A stretch of DNA of 64,000 nucleotides from Candidatus Binatia bacterium. GTDB lineage: Bacteria > Desulfobacterota > Binatia > Bin18. Position 1 is the stretch's first letter, and each line of letters starts with the position of its first letter. The DNA is taken from positions 3,168,001 through 3,232,000 of the forward strand of contig OY761159.2 of assembly GCA_963664395.2 (NCBI GenBank), written 5' to 3'. The notes beneath the pieces were generated by a model that worked only from the letters and a program-made list of their open reading frames with translations, was not told the origin of the DNA and ran no database searches. Shown in pieces: positions 41,871 through 51,437 of this stretch. The position numbers and the translations under genes were made by a program.

Positions 41871-42533
41871 ATGTGTGGCCGCTACAGCCTGACGGCAGAT
41901 GAAAAGCAGCTCAATGCTCGTTTTGTGGCGCGCTTCCTGCCCTCTACGCCGACCGCACGCTACAATATTGCGCCGACCCAGCCGGTATGGGCGCTGGTGC
42001 ATACGGAGGAACCCAGGATCGTGGCACTGCGTTGGGGGCTGATCCCGTCCTGGGCCAAGGACAAAGCCATTGGGAACCGGATGATTAACGCCCGCGCCGA
42101 AGGGATTGCAGAGAAGCCGAGTTTTCGCCGGGCGATTCGGAAGCGGCGCTGTCTGGTCCTGGCCGATGGTTTTTATGAGTGGCAAAAGACCGGGCCATCC
42201 AAACTGCCCTACTATATTCGACTGAAATCCGGTGAGCCGTTTGGGTTTGCCGGTTTATGGGAGCGCTGGTCCGCGCCGTCCGGCGAAACGATTCATTCGT
42301 GTACCATTATCACCACGACGCCCAACGAACTCATGGCCGACATCCATCACCGCATGCCGGTTATTGTCCCTCGTGAGGCCGAAGAGCGCTGGCTCGACCC
42401 AACAATAGAAGACCCGCAAAAAGTGCTGCCCCTCCTCCAGCCATACCCCGCCGGTGAGCTGGAAGCCTATGCGGTCTCAACTCTGGTGAATTCACCGCGC
42501 AATGATGTGGCCGCCTGTATTGAGCCAGGGTAG
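41871..42533 (+). CDS. SOS response-associated peptidase (SRAP/YedK)
   Basis: MCGRY start, INARAE, GFYEW, IH.RMP. Confidence 0.95.
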   Translation: MCGRYSLTADEKQLNARFVARFLPSTPTARYNIAPTQPVWALVHTEEPRIVALRWGLIPSWAKDKAIGNRMINARAEGIAEKPSFRRAIRKRRCLVLADGFYEWQKTGPSKLPYYIRLKSGEPFGFAGLWERWSAPSGETIHSCTIITTTPNELMADIHHRMPVIVPREAEERWLDPTIEDPQKVLPLLQPYPAGELEAYAVSTLVNSPRNDVAACIEPG

Positions 42534-42550
42534 CATACCCGAAACATGAA

Positions 42551-43096
42551 TTAGTCGCCCGTTTCCTTGGCGCCCGGCTCAAGATCAACTTGGGTCGCTG
42601 TGAGGAAACGGACAACCATATTATAGAACGCGGCATTCAAGCTGAGTTCGACGATCTGTTCCTCATTGAGAAAGGCGCGCAGCGCGTCAAAGGTCGTATC
42701 CGCAATCTGCACCTGCTCGGTCATCTCGGTTGCGTAGCGAATAACGGTGCGTTCGTGTTCGTTAAAAGCCGGGCTCGTCTCCCAGTCCGCAAGTTTTTCT
42801 ACTTGTTCAGGACTCACCCCAACTCGTTTGGCCAAGGCTTTATGGTGGGTATATTCATACTCGCAGTCGGTTAGCCTGCCGACCGTCATGATAGCGAGTT
42901 CCCGCAACCGAGGATCAAGCGTGGTCCGATTCCGCAGCCCATCGCTAAAGTACAGCATTCGACGCAGGAGCAACGGGCTGTGCGCCACGATCCGAAAGAT
43001 ATTGCCAATCGAGCCGCGTTGCTTGAGAAGATCATCAAAAATATCGCGCTCAAGCTCGGGCAGGTCATCTCGGTCCAGATAGGCTAAACGGGCCAT
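42551..43096 (-). CDS. Carboxymuconolactone decarboxylase/AhpD-like protein
   Basis: RLRELAI..V, CEYEYTHH. Confidence 0.85.
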   Translation of the reverse strand: MARLAYLDRDDLPELERDIFDDLLKQRGSIGNIFRIVAHSPLLLRRMLYFSDGLRNRTTLDPRLRELAIMTVGRLTDCEYEYTHHKALAKRVGVSPEQVEKLADWETSPAFNEHERTVIRYATEMTEQVQIADTTFDALRAFLNEEQIVELSLNAAFYNMVVRFLTATQVDLEPGAKETGD

Positions 43097-43118
43097 GCTG
43101 ACTTCCTTTCCAGTGTTA

Positions 43119-43928
43119 TTACTCTGAATTCTTCCCAGAGGTTTCTCCAAATTTGGGCGCACGCTTGTCCAGGAATGCCCGCATGCCTTCGCGGGCATCG
43201 TCGGACAAAAAGGCCGCTTTCTGAGCCCGGTACTCATAGGCCAGGGCTTGTTCGAGCGACGCGCTGGCCCCGAGATAGACGCCTTCTTTGATCCGAGCCA
43301 GAGTCTCTGCCGGACCCGTAGCCAGCGTCCGCGCAAAATTGAGCGTCTCTTCCCAAAAACTCTCAAGCGGATAGACCTGATTCAGCAGGCCCAAACGCAG
43401 AGCTTCTGCGGTTCTGATCCGGTCTCCGGTCATCATGAGTTCCATGGCCTTGGCCGTTCCAACCAGGCGGGACAAAAAGAAGAAGCCGCCCCAGTCGGGG
43501 ACCAGGCCAATCTTCACAAAGCTCTCGGAGAAGAGGGCCTTGTCCGAGCCAAGCCGAAAGTCGCAGCTTAATGCCAGGTTGGCGCCCGCGCCGGCCGCGG
43601 CGCCATTCACCGCCGCAATGATGGGCTGGGGCATACGCCGCAGCAACTGGACGACCTGACTGCCAAGGACCATGCGCTGTTCAATGACTTGGGTTGTACG
43701 GTCGTCCTGGAGCTTGGCCATACTGGCGATATCGCCTCCGGCGCAAAAGGCTCTCCCCGCACCAGTAATAATAACGCAGCGGACGCTCCGGTCGGTTGCA
43801 AACTGTTCGAGCTGCGCGAGGAGCTGACCGCGCATGGTGTCAGAGAAGGCGTTCATGACCTCGGGTCGATTCAGCGTCAGGATGCCAATATGATCGTTCA
43901 CTGTGGTGAGCACCTGGTTTTCGCTCAT
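43119..43928 (-). CDS. Enoyl-CoA hydratase/isomerase (PaaG-like)
   Basis: AFCAGGD, AAGAGANLAL.CD, IGLVPD.GG. Confidence 0.92.
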   Translation of the reverse strand: MSENQVLTTVNDHIGILTLNRPEVMNAFSDTMRGQLLAQLEQFATDRSVRCVIITGAGRAFCAGGDIASMAKLQDDRTTQVIEQRMVLGSQVVQLLRRMPQPIIAAVNGAAAGAGANLALSCDFRLGSDKALFSESFVKIGLVPDWGGFFFLSRLVGTAKAMELMMTGDRIRTAEALRLGLLNQVYPLESFWEETLNFARTLATGPAETLARIKEGVYLGASASLEQALAYEYRAQKAAFLSDDAREGMRAFLDKRAPKFGETSGKNSE

Positions 43929-43962
43929 GCTGTCCTCCGAGGTTTTCCGTTTACGCTCATCA

Positions 43963-45336
43963 TTAACTCAGCAGAGCCATGAGTTCGGTAATCTGCGCTG
44001 CTTCTAAGATTTCCAGACTATCAACAAGCTGAATACATCGCTGTGTTTGCTCTTCAGTCAGATGCATATTCAGGCAGTCTCGAATTTTGACCAGGTGTGC
44101 GTCTCGCTGTAGAAGCGGCAGGCCCCAAAATCCTTGCGGGCCAGTACACCGAGCAGTCAGGTGCCGGCCGTCTTGTAATTCTAGCGCAACATCGACCCAC
44201 ATTTTTTCCAAAACGCCAGGAATCGTCCGGTCCTGGGTCAGGCGAGTACGAGACATGAGACCTGCCAGGTCTGGCCGTGCGCAATAGTCATCCGAGAATG
44301 TCCGAATTGACACTGCGCCGTCGAGCAGGGCAGCGGCAACCGTATACTGAAAGCTGAATTTCCCGTCCAAACCGCTCTTACAAGCAGGCCGATCGACATA
44401 GGGCATGACTGGAGAGGTGATGTGGACGGCCTGAATTGAGTCGGGACTGTCAATCTGCTTATAGAGTTCCAGCGCAGCCAGGATGCCGAAATGCGTGCCG
44501 TACTGACACGGAAACATTTTCATCACAAAGCCTGGATCGACCATGCGATACGACTGAGCAGACCGAGCTAGGCTCAGCAATTCATCATAATTAAACTGCT
44601 CGCCAAAGAAGTGTTCGACATAGCCGTTCGGCGCTTCAAAAACCGTTGGGTTGCCGGTAAATCCGCGCGACGCCAATAAGGCCGCATCCAAACCGGATAA
44701 TGCGGCCCAGCCACAGTGGGTCGCCTTGGCCATGGTTCCGACATTGGCCATCAGCCCACCGGCACGAGATGCCGTAATACCAAGCGCATGTTGAAGCTGC
44801 TCTTGACTGAGTCCAAGCATATGCGCTGAGGCTACCGCCGCGCCCATGAGCCCGACGCTACTTGGTGGATGGACGGTAAACTCGCCAGGCACGTATTGAT
44901 GGGAGGCCAGCCGAATATGTCCCTGGAATTCACAGCCTTTGACAAAAGCTGTGATGATCTCTCGGCCCGTACTGTGTCGTTCTTCGGCCAAGGCTAAGAT
45001 GGCCGGCAGCGTTGGCGACGTTGCATGCGTGGGCGGACTCCACATAGGCTCATAGTCCAAGACATGCATGGAGATGCCGTTGGCATACGCCGCCAAAATA
45101 GGCGAAGTCCGAAAGCCATGGCCAATGACCGTTGCAATTTCTTTTCCGCCCTGACTGTTGACATGGGCGGCGGCAATGGTCGGCCCCGACTCTTTGGCCC
45201 CGGCCACTGCAACGGCAAGGCCGTCGAGGATGACGCGCTTTGCAACCGCAACAACCTCGTCCGAAAGCGACTCAAAGGTCATCCGGGTCAGGCTATGGCA
45301 CAAGGCTGCTGTTACTTGAGGAGGCGTCTTATCCAT
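43963..45336 (-). CDS. MmgE/PrpD family protein, cis-aconitate decarboxylase-like
   Basis: NG..MHVLDYE.MW.P.TH, HPPS.VG, MAN.GTMAK, K.FP, YVDRP, SFQY. Confidence 0.85.
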   Translation of the reverse strand: MDKTPPQVTAALCHSLTRMTFESLSDEVVAVAKRVILDGLAVAVAGAKESGPTIAAAHVNSQGGKEIATVIGHGFRTSPILAAYANGISMHVLDYEPMWSPPTHATSPTLPAILALAEERHSTGREIITAFVKGCEFQGHIRLASHQYVPGEFTVHPPSSVGLMGAAVASAHMLGLSQEQLQHALGITASRAGGLMANVGTMAKATHCGWAALSGLDAALLASRGFTGNPTVFEAPNGYVEHFFGEQFNYDELLSLARSAQSYRMVDPGFVMKMFPCQYGTHFGILAALELYKQIDSPDSIQAVHITSPVMPYVDRPACKSGLDGKFSFQYTVAAALLDGAVSIRTFSDDYCARPDLAGLMSRTRLTQDRTIPGVLEKMWVDVALELQDGRHLTARCTGPQGFWGLPLLQRDAHLVKIRDCLNMHLTEEQTQRCIQLVDSLEILEAAQITELMALLS

Positions 45337-45343
45337 GTTCCTG

Positions 45344-46303
45344 CTACTCAGATGGAAATTCTTTATCCGATTTGGGAATGGTCTCTTTCAGAACCGAATG
45401 TTTTCTCTCTTCGTCATGACCCTTCAGAAACTTTCGCTGCAAGGCTTGCACCTCAGCCAAGCCAATAATCTCTTCCCGTTCAGCAAAAGATGCCATGTCT
45501 TCTGCCATTGCTTCCGTATGTCCGTGTCTGCGGATTTCGGCTGCGGCGCGCTGCATGGCCCGCATAGCGGCGCGCTGCAGGTCTGACGGAACAATCATAA
45601 TGCGATATCCGAGTGCGGTGAGCTGCTCGGCTGGAACCAGGGGCGTTTTGCCACCCCAGAACATATTGATCAGAAGTGGAGCATGGACTTCCAGGGCTAT
45701 GCGTTCGATCTCTTCAAGCGATTGGGGCGCTTCCACAAAAATCACGTCCGCCCCTGCCTCGGCATAGGCGTTCCCCCGTTCAATCGCCGCATCCAACCCA
45801 AGCACGGCCCGGGCGTCTGTCCGGGCGATAATGACCAGATCGCCACCGGCCGCGGCCTGCGCGGCCTGAATTTTTTGGACCATCTCCGCGCTGCTGACCA
45901 CGTGTTTGCTTTCATAATGGCCGCAGCGTTTGGGTTCCATCTGGTCCTCAAGATGAAGCGCCGCCGCGCCAGAGCGCGCATACGCCCGAACCGTCCGCAT
46001 GACGTTAATGGCATTCCCATAGCCGGTGTCGGCGTCCACGATAAGCGGCAGAGTGGTGACAGCGCGAATCTCGTCCAGCCGCTTTTGCATTTCTGTGAAG
46101 GTGACCAAGCCAACGTCGGGATAACCCATGCTGCGCGCAATTGCGCCGCCGCTGATATACAAAGCGGCAACACCAGCGGCTTCAGCAATCTTGGCCGATA
46201 GCCCATCGTACACGCCCGGAGCCGTTAGCAGTTCCTCCTGGGCGAGCAGGGCTCTGAGCTCGGTCGGACCGGCTTGCAACACTGCGCTATTCTCCTCGTG
46301 CAT
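45344..46303 (-). CDS. Isocitrate lyase/PEP mutase family protein
   Basis: DADTGYG, LEDQ..PKRCGH, ARTDA. Confidence 0.92.
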   Translation of the reverse strand: MHEENSAVLQAGPTELRALLAQEELLTAPGVYDGLSAKIAEAAGVAALYISGGAIARSMGYPDVGLVTFTEMQKRLDEIRAVTTLPLIVDADTGYGNAINVMRTVRAYARSGAAALHLEDQMEPKRCGHYESKHVVSSAEMVQKIQAAQAAAGGDLVIIARTDARAVLGLDAAIERGNAYAEAGADVIFVEAPQSLEEIERIALEVHAPLLINMFWGGKTPLVPAEQLTALGYRIMIVPSDLQRAAMRAMQRAAAEIRRHGHTEAMAEDMASFAEREEIIGLAEVQALQRKFLKGHDEERKHSVLKETIPKSDKEFPSE

Positions 46304-47816
46304 ATCGCGCTGCGTGCGTACCGGCCAGCCGACCGAAGACCGCGCCGCGCATCAGCCCGGAGCCACCCGGATAGTTGAGATAGAAAAAGCCGCCGGTCAT
46401 TTCTCCGGTTGCGAACAGGCCGGGGATAGGCCGGTCTAAATGGTCGAGGACTGCCGCATCGGTATTAATCCGAATCCCACCAAAGGTGAAGGTGATGCCG
46501 AGAGAGACCGGATAGGCGTAAAAGGGCGGCTGATCGAGCCGGGTCGCCCAGTTGGTTTTTTCCGGTCGTAGACCCCGCGTGCGTTTGCCGTCTTTAATGT
46601 CAGGATTGAAAGATTCGTCCATCTTATCCTGGACGGCTGCGTTATAGGCTTCAAGCGTGGCCAGGAAAGCATCCCGGCGAAAATCCAGGGCCGCGTAGCG
46701 TTCCTCGATTTGATCCGCCAACTCGGTCAGACTGTCGGCGATGATGGGCGTGCCGGTATTATAGCGCGTCTCCAACAGCGAGACCGTCTGCTGGTCAAAG
46801 ACTTGAAAGATGGTTGCGCTGCGCTGCTGCAAAATGTCGCGACCCATTTTGGCGTAAGTGTACAAATTAAAATCCTCGCCCTCGTCAACAAACCGTTCGC
46901 CATCCAGGTTGACCATGACCGAGAACGGATAGGACAGCCGGTTGGTTTTGTCTGTAAGCCGCAGGTCGCCATAGGTCGGGGCGTCGGCATCAATCGGCGT
47001 TGCATGACAGCCCGCCCATTCGCCATAACTCTGGGCCCCAATCGACAGGGCCGCGCGCGTCATCTCGCCGGTGTTAAAACGGGTGCCTCTGACTTTGACC
47101 AAGCTCCAGCTCGGACCGAGATAGGCCGTGCGCATTTCCGGGTTCGCCTGGAATCCGCCGCTGGCCAGAACGAGTGCTTTGCAGTGGACTGTCCGGAGGC
47201 CGCTGGGATCACGTATGGCAATACCCGTCACGCGACCATCAGCCGCGGTGATAATGCGTTGGGCCTGGGTTTCGTACCAGACTGGAATGTCCGCTTCGGC
47301 CGCTAAGCGAAACAGAGTGCCGGACAGCAGGACGCCTTCGCCTTTGGAGCGGAGCGCACCCCCGCGGGCGAGTTTGATCTTCCGGGCCCCGGCAATGGTG
47401 ACGGGACCAACGGCCCGGTTAAACTCCCAGGCTACTCCCAGGTCGGCCATCCAGCGTACCGTGTCATACGAGCGCGTGATCAAGGTCTGAATCAGCGCGG
47501 GGTCGGCCCGTCCGCCGGTGACGCGGTCGATGTCCTGCTGAAAGTCCTCAGACGTATAGGGATCGACTGCCACATCACGCGGATCATCATTGTCTCGGAT
47601 AAGCGCAACCAAGTCGTCGATACCGTTATACGTGCAGCGGAACAGGCCGCCGGTAAAGCGTGTGTTGCCGCCGCGTAATTTTTGTGTTGCCTTTTCGAGA
47701 ACAACGACCCGGGCGCCCTCAGCCCGAGCGGCCAGAGCGGCCGTAAAGGCGGCGTTGCCCGCCCCGACAACGACCACATCAAACGTTTCTGGTGTCTGCT
47801 GAGCCGAATCTGCCAA
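46287..47816 (-). CDS. tcuA: FAD-dependent tricarballylate dehydrogenase TcuA-like
   Basis: GAGNAA, RGGNTRFT.G, VRGT.FNTG, GITFTFGG, NYPGGSGL..G.VFGR. Confidence 0.8.
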   Translation of the reverse strand: MADSAQQTPETFDVVVVGAGNAAFTAALAARAEGARVVVLEKATQKLRGGNTRFTGGLFRCTYNGIDDLVALIRDNDDPRDVAVDPYTSEDFQQDIDRVTGGRADPALIQTLITRSYDTVRWMADLGVAWEFNRAVGPVTIAGARKIKLARGGALRSKGEGVLLSGTLFRLAAEADIPVWYETQAQRIITAADGRVTGIAIRDPSGLRTVHCKALVLASGGFQANPEMRTAYLGPSWSLVKVRGTRFNTGEMTRAALSIGAQSYGEWAGCHATPIDADAPTYGDLRLTDKTNRLSYPFSVMVNLDGERFVDEGEDFNLYTYAKMGRDILQQRSATIFQVFDQQTVSLLETRYNTGTPIIADSLTELADQIEERYAALDFRRDAFLATLEAYNAAVQDKMDESFNPDIKDGKRTRGLRPEKTNWATRLDQPPFYAYPVSLGITFTFGGIRINTDAAVLDHLDRPIPGLFATGEMTGGFFYLNYPGGSGLMRGAVFGRLAGTHAARYARGE

Positions 47817-47975
47817 TGGCCTGTCCTCCCTATGGCAGCAATATAGCGTTTCTGTCCGTGGCGTGAATCCCCTTCGTTTTTGTCTCTTGACCGATGGAGT
47901 ACTCCTGACATAGACAGGAACAAAACAACCCGTGCTGTGCCGTTATTCGAGACACAGCCAAAGAGGAGGGATGGT

Positions 47976-48467
47976 ATGAACCCACGCGGAATGTCGCACG
48001 TTGCTCTATGCACCAAGGATTTCGATCGCTCCATGCATTTCTATCGGGATTTGCTTGGATTCCAGGTGGCCCAGGAGGGAACCACCGTTGAGGAGGGAGA
48101 GTATCAGCAGGGGATTTATAAGAAGAAAAACCAACAGGTGAAGTTTGCGATTCTGCGTCACGGCAAGAAGAAAGCCACACCGTACGGGCTGAATGAAGAT
48201 GCCCCGGTTATTGCCCTGCTCGCCCCGACGCAGAGCCAGCCGACTGGAAAGCCGATCCTGGTTGACCAGATTGGCATTTCCCACTTCGGGATATGGGTCA
48301 AGGGTTTGAACAAAGTTCACAAAGACTTAGTCAGCAAAGGCGTGGAATTTGCCGCTCCGCCGCACGTCTTGGCCAAGACCAAAGAAGGTACGATCCGCAG
48401 CGCCTTTGTCAAAGACCCGGATGGGATCATTATTCAGTTGGACGAAATGATCCCGGCCCGGAAGTAG
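47976..48467 (+). CDS. VOC/glyoxalase family protein
   Basis: SHVAL...D..RS..FY..LLG, SHFG..V, DPDG. Confidence 0.85.
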   Translation: MNPRGMSHVALCTKDFDRSMHFYRDLLGFQVAQEGTTVEEGEYQQGIYKKKNQQVKFAILRHGKKKATPYGLNEDAPVIALLAPTQSQPTGKPILVDQIGISHFGIWVKGLNKVHKDLVSKGVEFAAPPHVLAKTKEGTIRSAFVKDPDGIIIQLDEMIPARK

Positions 48468-48476
48468 ACTCTCGTC

Positions 48477-48541
48477 TCCCTCTCCCTTTGGGAGAGTCTA
48501 CTCCGGCTTCCCTCTCCCTCTGGGAGAGGGCCAGGGTGAGT
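48477..48541 (+). repeat. REP family B copy with a partial tandem duplicate
   Basis: TCCCTCTCCCTTTGGGAGAG...TCCCTCTCCCTCTGGGAGAGGGCCAGGGTGAG. Confidence 0.75.
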
Positions 48542-48544
48542 GTG

Positions 48545-49321
48545 CTAATGCCCAACCTCCGCCGGCCGTGGCTGGGCCTGTTTGGTTCGGATGTCCTGAG
48601 CCCTGGCCTGCATATCTCCAGCCTCATCCTTGCGGTGTAGCTTGTGTAGCAAATCGGCATATTTTTCGAGCAGGACGGCAACTGCCGGATGGTCCGTTCC
48701 GAGTTTCTCCTCACGGATCTCGAGCGCCCGTTGAAAGAGCGGCTCAGCATCGGCAGGCTTGCCTTGAGCAATGGCCAGCTCAGCCAATCCGCTCAGGCTG
48801 GTCGAGACAGCGGGATGAGTCGGTCCAAGTGCCTGCTGTCGTATTGTCAGCGACCGCTGAAAATAGGACTCCGCTTCAGCGTAGCGTTCCTGGCTCATAT
48901 AGACGGCGGCTAAGTTGTTCAGACAATTGGTAATTCTGTAATGAGTAGGACCCACGAAGGCTTCGGCGATTTTCAGCGCCCGCCGCAGGAAAGTCTCTGC
49001 TTCATCGTATCGGCCGAGTTCTCGATACAGAGAGGCCAAGTTGTTCAGACTCTGCGCCACCCACGGATGGTGGGGACCATAGTGCGCTTCTCGGATAGAC
49101 AATGCCCGCTCATAATACCCGGTGGCTTCAGATCGTTTGCCTTGATTATGGGATAAACTTCCCAAATTATTCAGGACAACGGCGACGCGTGAGTCCTGTG
49201 GGCCAAATTTTTCGGCCTCTTGGAGTGCCTTGCGGAACTGTTGCTCGGCTTCGACATAATGCCCTTTTTGATACAGCCGTGCGCCCGCTTCGTTTGCCGT
49301 CTCCCAGTTAGTGTCACTCAT
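48545..49321 (-). CDS. Tetratricopeptide repeat protein (42-aa kinesin-light-chain type)
   Basis: Repeated LNNLA..Y...G.Y.EAE....RAL.I.E...G..HP. Confidence 0.9.
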   Translation of the reverse strand: MSDTNWETANEAGARLYQKGHYVEAEQQFRKALQEAEKFGPQDSRVAVVLNNLGSLSHNQGKRSEATGYYERALSIREAHYGPHHPWVAQSLNNLASLYRELGRYDEAETFLRRALKIAEAFVGPTHYRITNCLNNLAAVYMSQERYAEAESYFQRSLTIRQQALGPTHPAVSTSLSGLAELAIAQGKPADAEPLFQRALEIREEKLGTDHPAVAVLLEKYADLLHKLHRKDEAGDMQARAQDIRTKQAQPRPAEVGH

Positions 49322-49409
49322 AGCACCCCCTTTTGCACAGCGGTCTGAACGCAACAACTGCCCATGTGTAGCAGCCCTTGTGAAAAACTGCGAGGCATTG
49401 AGGGGGAGC

Positions 49410-50744
49410 CTACGCCGCTTCCCGAATTACCGGCATGCCCTCGGATGGAGCGAACGTAATACTCCGCCGGACAACACGCACAGTATGTCCCGGCACTGGT
49501 CGGAGTGAGACCCGAGACAGTATCTGGGCGAGGACGATTTTCATCTCATATGTGGCAAAGGCTGCACCCAGACAGTGACGGACTCCTCCGCCAAAGGGGA
49601 AAAAGGTGTAGGGATCAATTCGTTTTCCAACAAACCGGTCGGGGTTAAACGTCTCAGGCTCGGGCCACAATTCCGGTCGCCTGTGGGTGAGGTAAATACA
49701 CGGCGCGGCCACACAATCCGCAGGTATTTCATACGCCCCGATCTGGGTTGGCTGTTCGAGATACCGAACCACGGCCGGGACGATGGGATTGAGCCGGGCC
49801 GTCTCTTTGATTGTCGCGTCAAGGTACTCAAGCTCAGAAACGTGCTCTGCCTGTATGGGGCCGTCACCGATCACGCGCTGTCGCTCGGCTCGGACTTTTT
49901 CGAGAACGGCCGGGTTTTGTAACAAGCGGTGAACAACCCAAGACAGCGAGGTTGCCGTGGTCTCGTGCCCGGCCAGCAGCATCGTGATCATCTCATCCCG
50001 CAGTTCTTGATCGCTCATGGGCCGGCCATCTTCGTCTCGGGCTTCGATGAGCATGGCCATGATATCGGTGCGCCCGTTTTGTGTGGCAGCTTTACGTTGG
50101 GCAATCTGTTCGTACAAGACTGTATCGATTTCACGGCTGAGTTTACCCATGCGTTGCCACGAGGTGAGTGGTCCCAGATTGACTTGCAGCCAACGGATTA
50201 AAAGGAGAGGGCTACTCCCGACGAGTCTGAGAAACTCAATCAGCAAGGATCGCAGTTTCTGGAGTAGCGAACCTTCGTCCACGCCAAAGACGGTCCGCAG
50301 AATGATATCTAGCGTGATAGCCTGCATGCGTTCGTGAATGGGGAAGGGCTGTTCAATCGGCCAGGTGTCAATCGACCGATCGGCAATCTCCCGCATGATG
50401 TCGCCATAGAGACGCATGCGTTCGCCATGAAACGGTGGCATGAGCAATTTGCGCTCCCGTTTGTGGCGCGCGCCATCAAGTAGCAACACTGAGTTCTCAC
50501 CCAAAATCGGTTTGAGAACCACATTCGCCCGACCCGCCAGGGCATGCTCAGGTGATGCGGTAAAGATCTGTTTAATGGCAGCCGGGTCGCTGAAAAACGC
50601 AATCGGCGGCGTATTGAGCCAACGCATGGTGAAACACTCACCATATTCCTGGGCATATTTCTGCATGATGGGAATGGGTCTGCGGACCCAATTAAGGGTT
50701 TGGAATAGCCGGGGGAGCTTCGGACCGGGAGGGAGGGAACTCAT
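49410..50744 (-). CDS. Cytochrome P450
   Basis: AGHETT, ETAR, PFGGGVRHCLG. Confidence 0.95.
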   Translation of the reverse strand: MSSLPPGPKLPRLFQTLNWVRRPIPIMQKYAQEYGECFTMRWLNTPPIAFFSDPAAIKQIFTASPEHALAGRANVVLKPILGENSVLLLDGARHKRERKLLMPPFHGERMRLYGDIMREIADRSIDTWPIEQPFPIHERMQAITLDIILRTVFGVDEGSLLQKLRSLLIEFLRLVGSSPLLLIRWLQVNLGPLTSWQRMGKLSREIDTVLYEQIAQRKAATQNGRTDIMAMLIEARDEDGRPMSDQELRDEMITMLLAGHETTATSLSWVVHRLLQNPAVLEKVRAERQRVIGDGPIQAEHVSELEYLDATIKETARLNPIVPAVVRYLEQPTQIGAYEIPADCVAAPCIYLTHRRPELWPEPETFNPDRFVGKRIDPYTFFPFGGGVRHCLGAAFATYEMKIVLAQILSRVSLRPVPGHTVRVVRRSITFAPSEGMPVIREAA

Positions 50745-50882
50745 AGAAAAAATCTACGAGACTCTGAGACGAAGGGCAAGGCGGGAACAAAGTGTTTCCT
50801 GGATGAGAAGACTTTTCCGTGTTGTGCCTCTCTACGTTTCACGCTTATAATACATCTGCAAATCCCTGGGAGTGAAGTCAAA

Positions 50883-51089
50883 GTGCAACTGCTCCGTACC
50901 GAAAAACAAAAAGATAATCTCGCAAAGTTCTTTTGGGATATGGCAAAAGTCTCTTTTGCCGTCCTCGTATTGACGCCCTTGGCCAAACCGGAGGCCGGAG
51001 AGGTGATTTCTTTTTCGATAGGAACTCTTTCTGGCGGGGTTCTCTTATCGGTTGGCTACCTTCTCGACGGAATGGAGGTTCAGACATGA
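50883..51089 (+). CDS. Small two-TM membrane protein (DUF6722-like)
   Basis: NLAKFFWDMAK followed by two hydrophobic helices. Confidence 0.6.
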   Translation: MQLLRTEKQKDNLAKFFWDMAKVSFAVLVLTPLAKPEAGEVISFSIGTLSGGVLLSVGYLLDGMEVQT

Positions 51090-51193
51090 GCCCGGCACAG
51101 GCACTCACCGCCGTCTTTTTAGTTTTCCTCGTAATGGGGCTGATCGGTTTGTTTATCGTTTTTACCGACAGAGGACTGAAGTGGAAGAAATAA
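51086..51193 (+). CDS. 35-aa single-TM protein
   Basis: GGAGG RBS, ATGA overlap; MSPAQALTAVFLVFLVMGLIGLFIVFTDRGLKWKK. Confidence 0.55.
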   Translation: MSPAQALTAVFLVFLVMGLIGLFIVFTDRGLKWKK

Positions 51194-51327
51194 GGTTCCT
51201 CTAGGAGAGGGCAATCTAACTCTGTTTGATTCTCCTTTGCACGTTTCTCCCAAATCCTCTTCGTACGAGCTATCAATACAATGTTTCTCTTGACGTTCCC
51301 TCCCTGATATTGTAATCCCTCCCTTCT

Positions 51328-51410
51328 GGGCTTGGACGGATAATATGTGAGCATGAGTTCGTGCTCGTACTTTGCGGAGATTAGACTCTTCCCCTATCCG
51401 ATCCAAGCCC
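51328..51410 (+). ncRNA. Candidate retron msr-msd ncRNA
   Basis: Terminal inverted repeats GGGCTTGGACGGATA (51328-51342) and TATCCGATCCAAGCCC (51395-51410, one bulge); internal hairpin 51349-51366; ends 27 nt before the RT ATG. Confidence 0.65.
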
Positions 51411-51437
51411 TTTCTTTGTCGCCTGGAGCAAAAAGGT

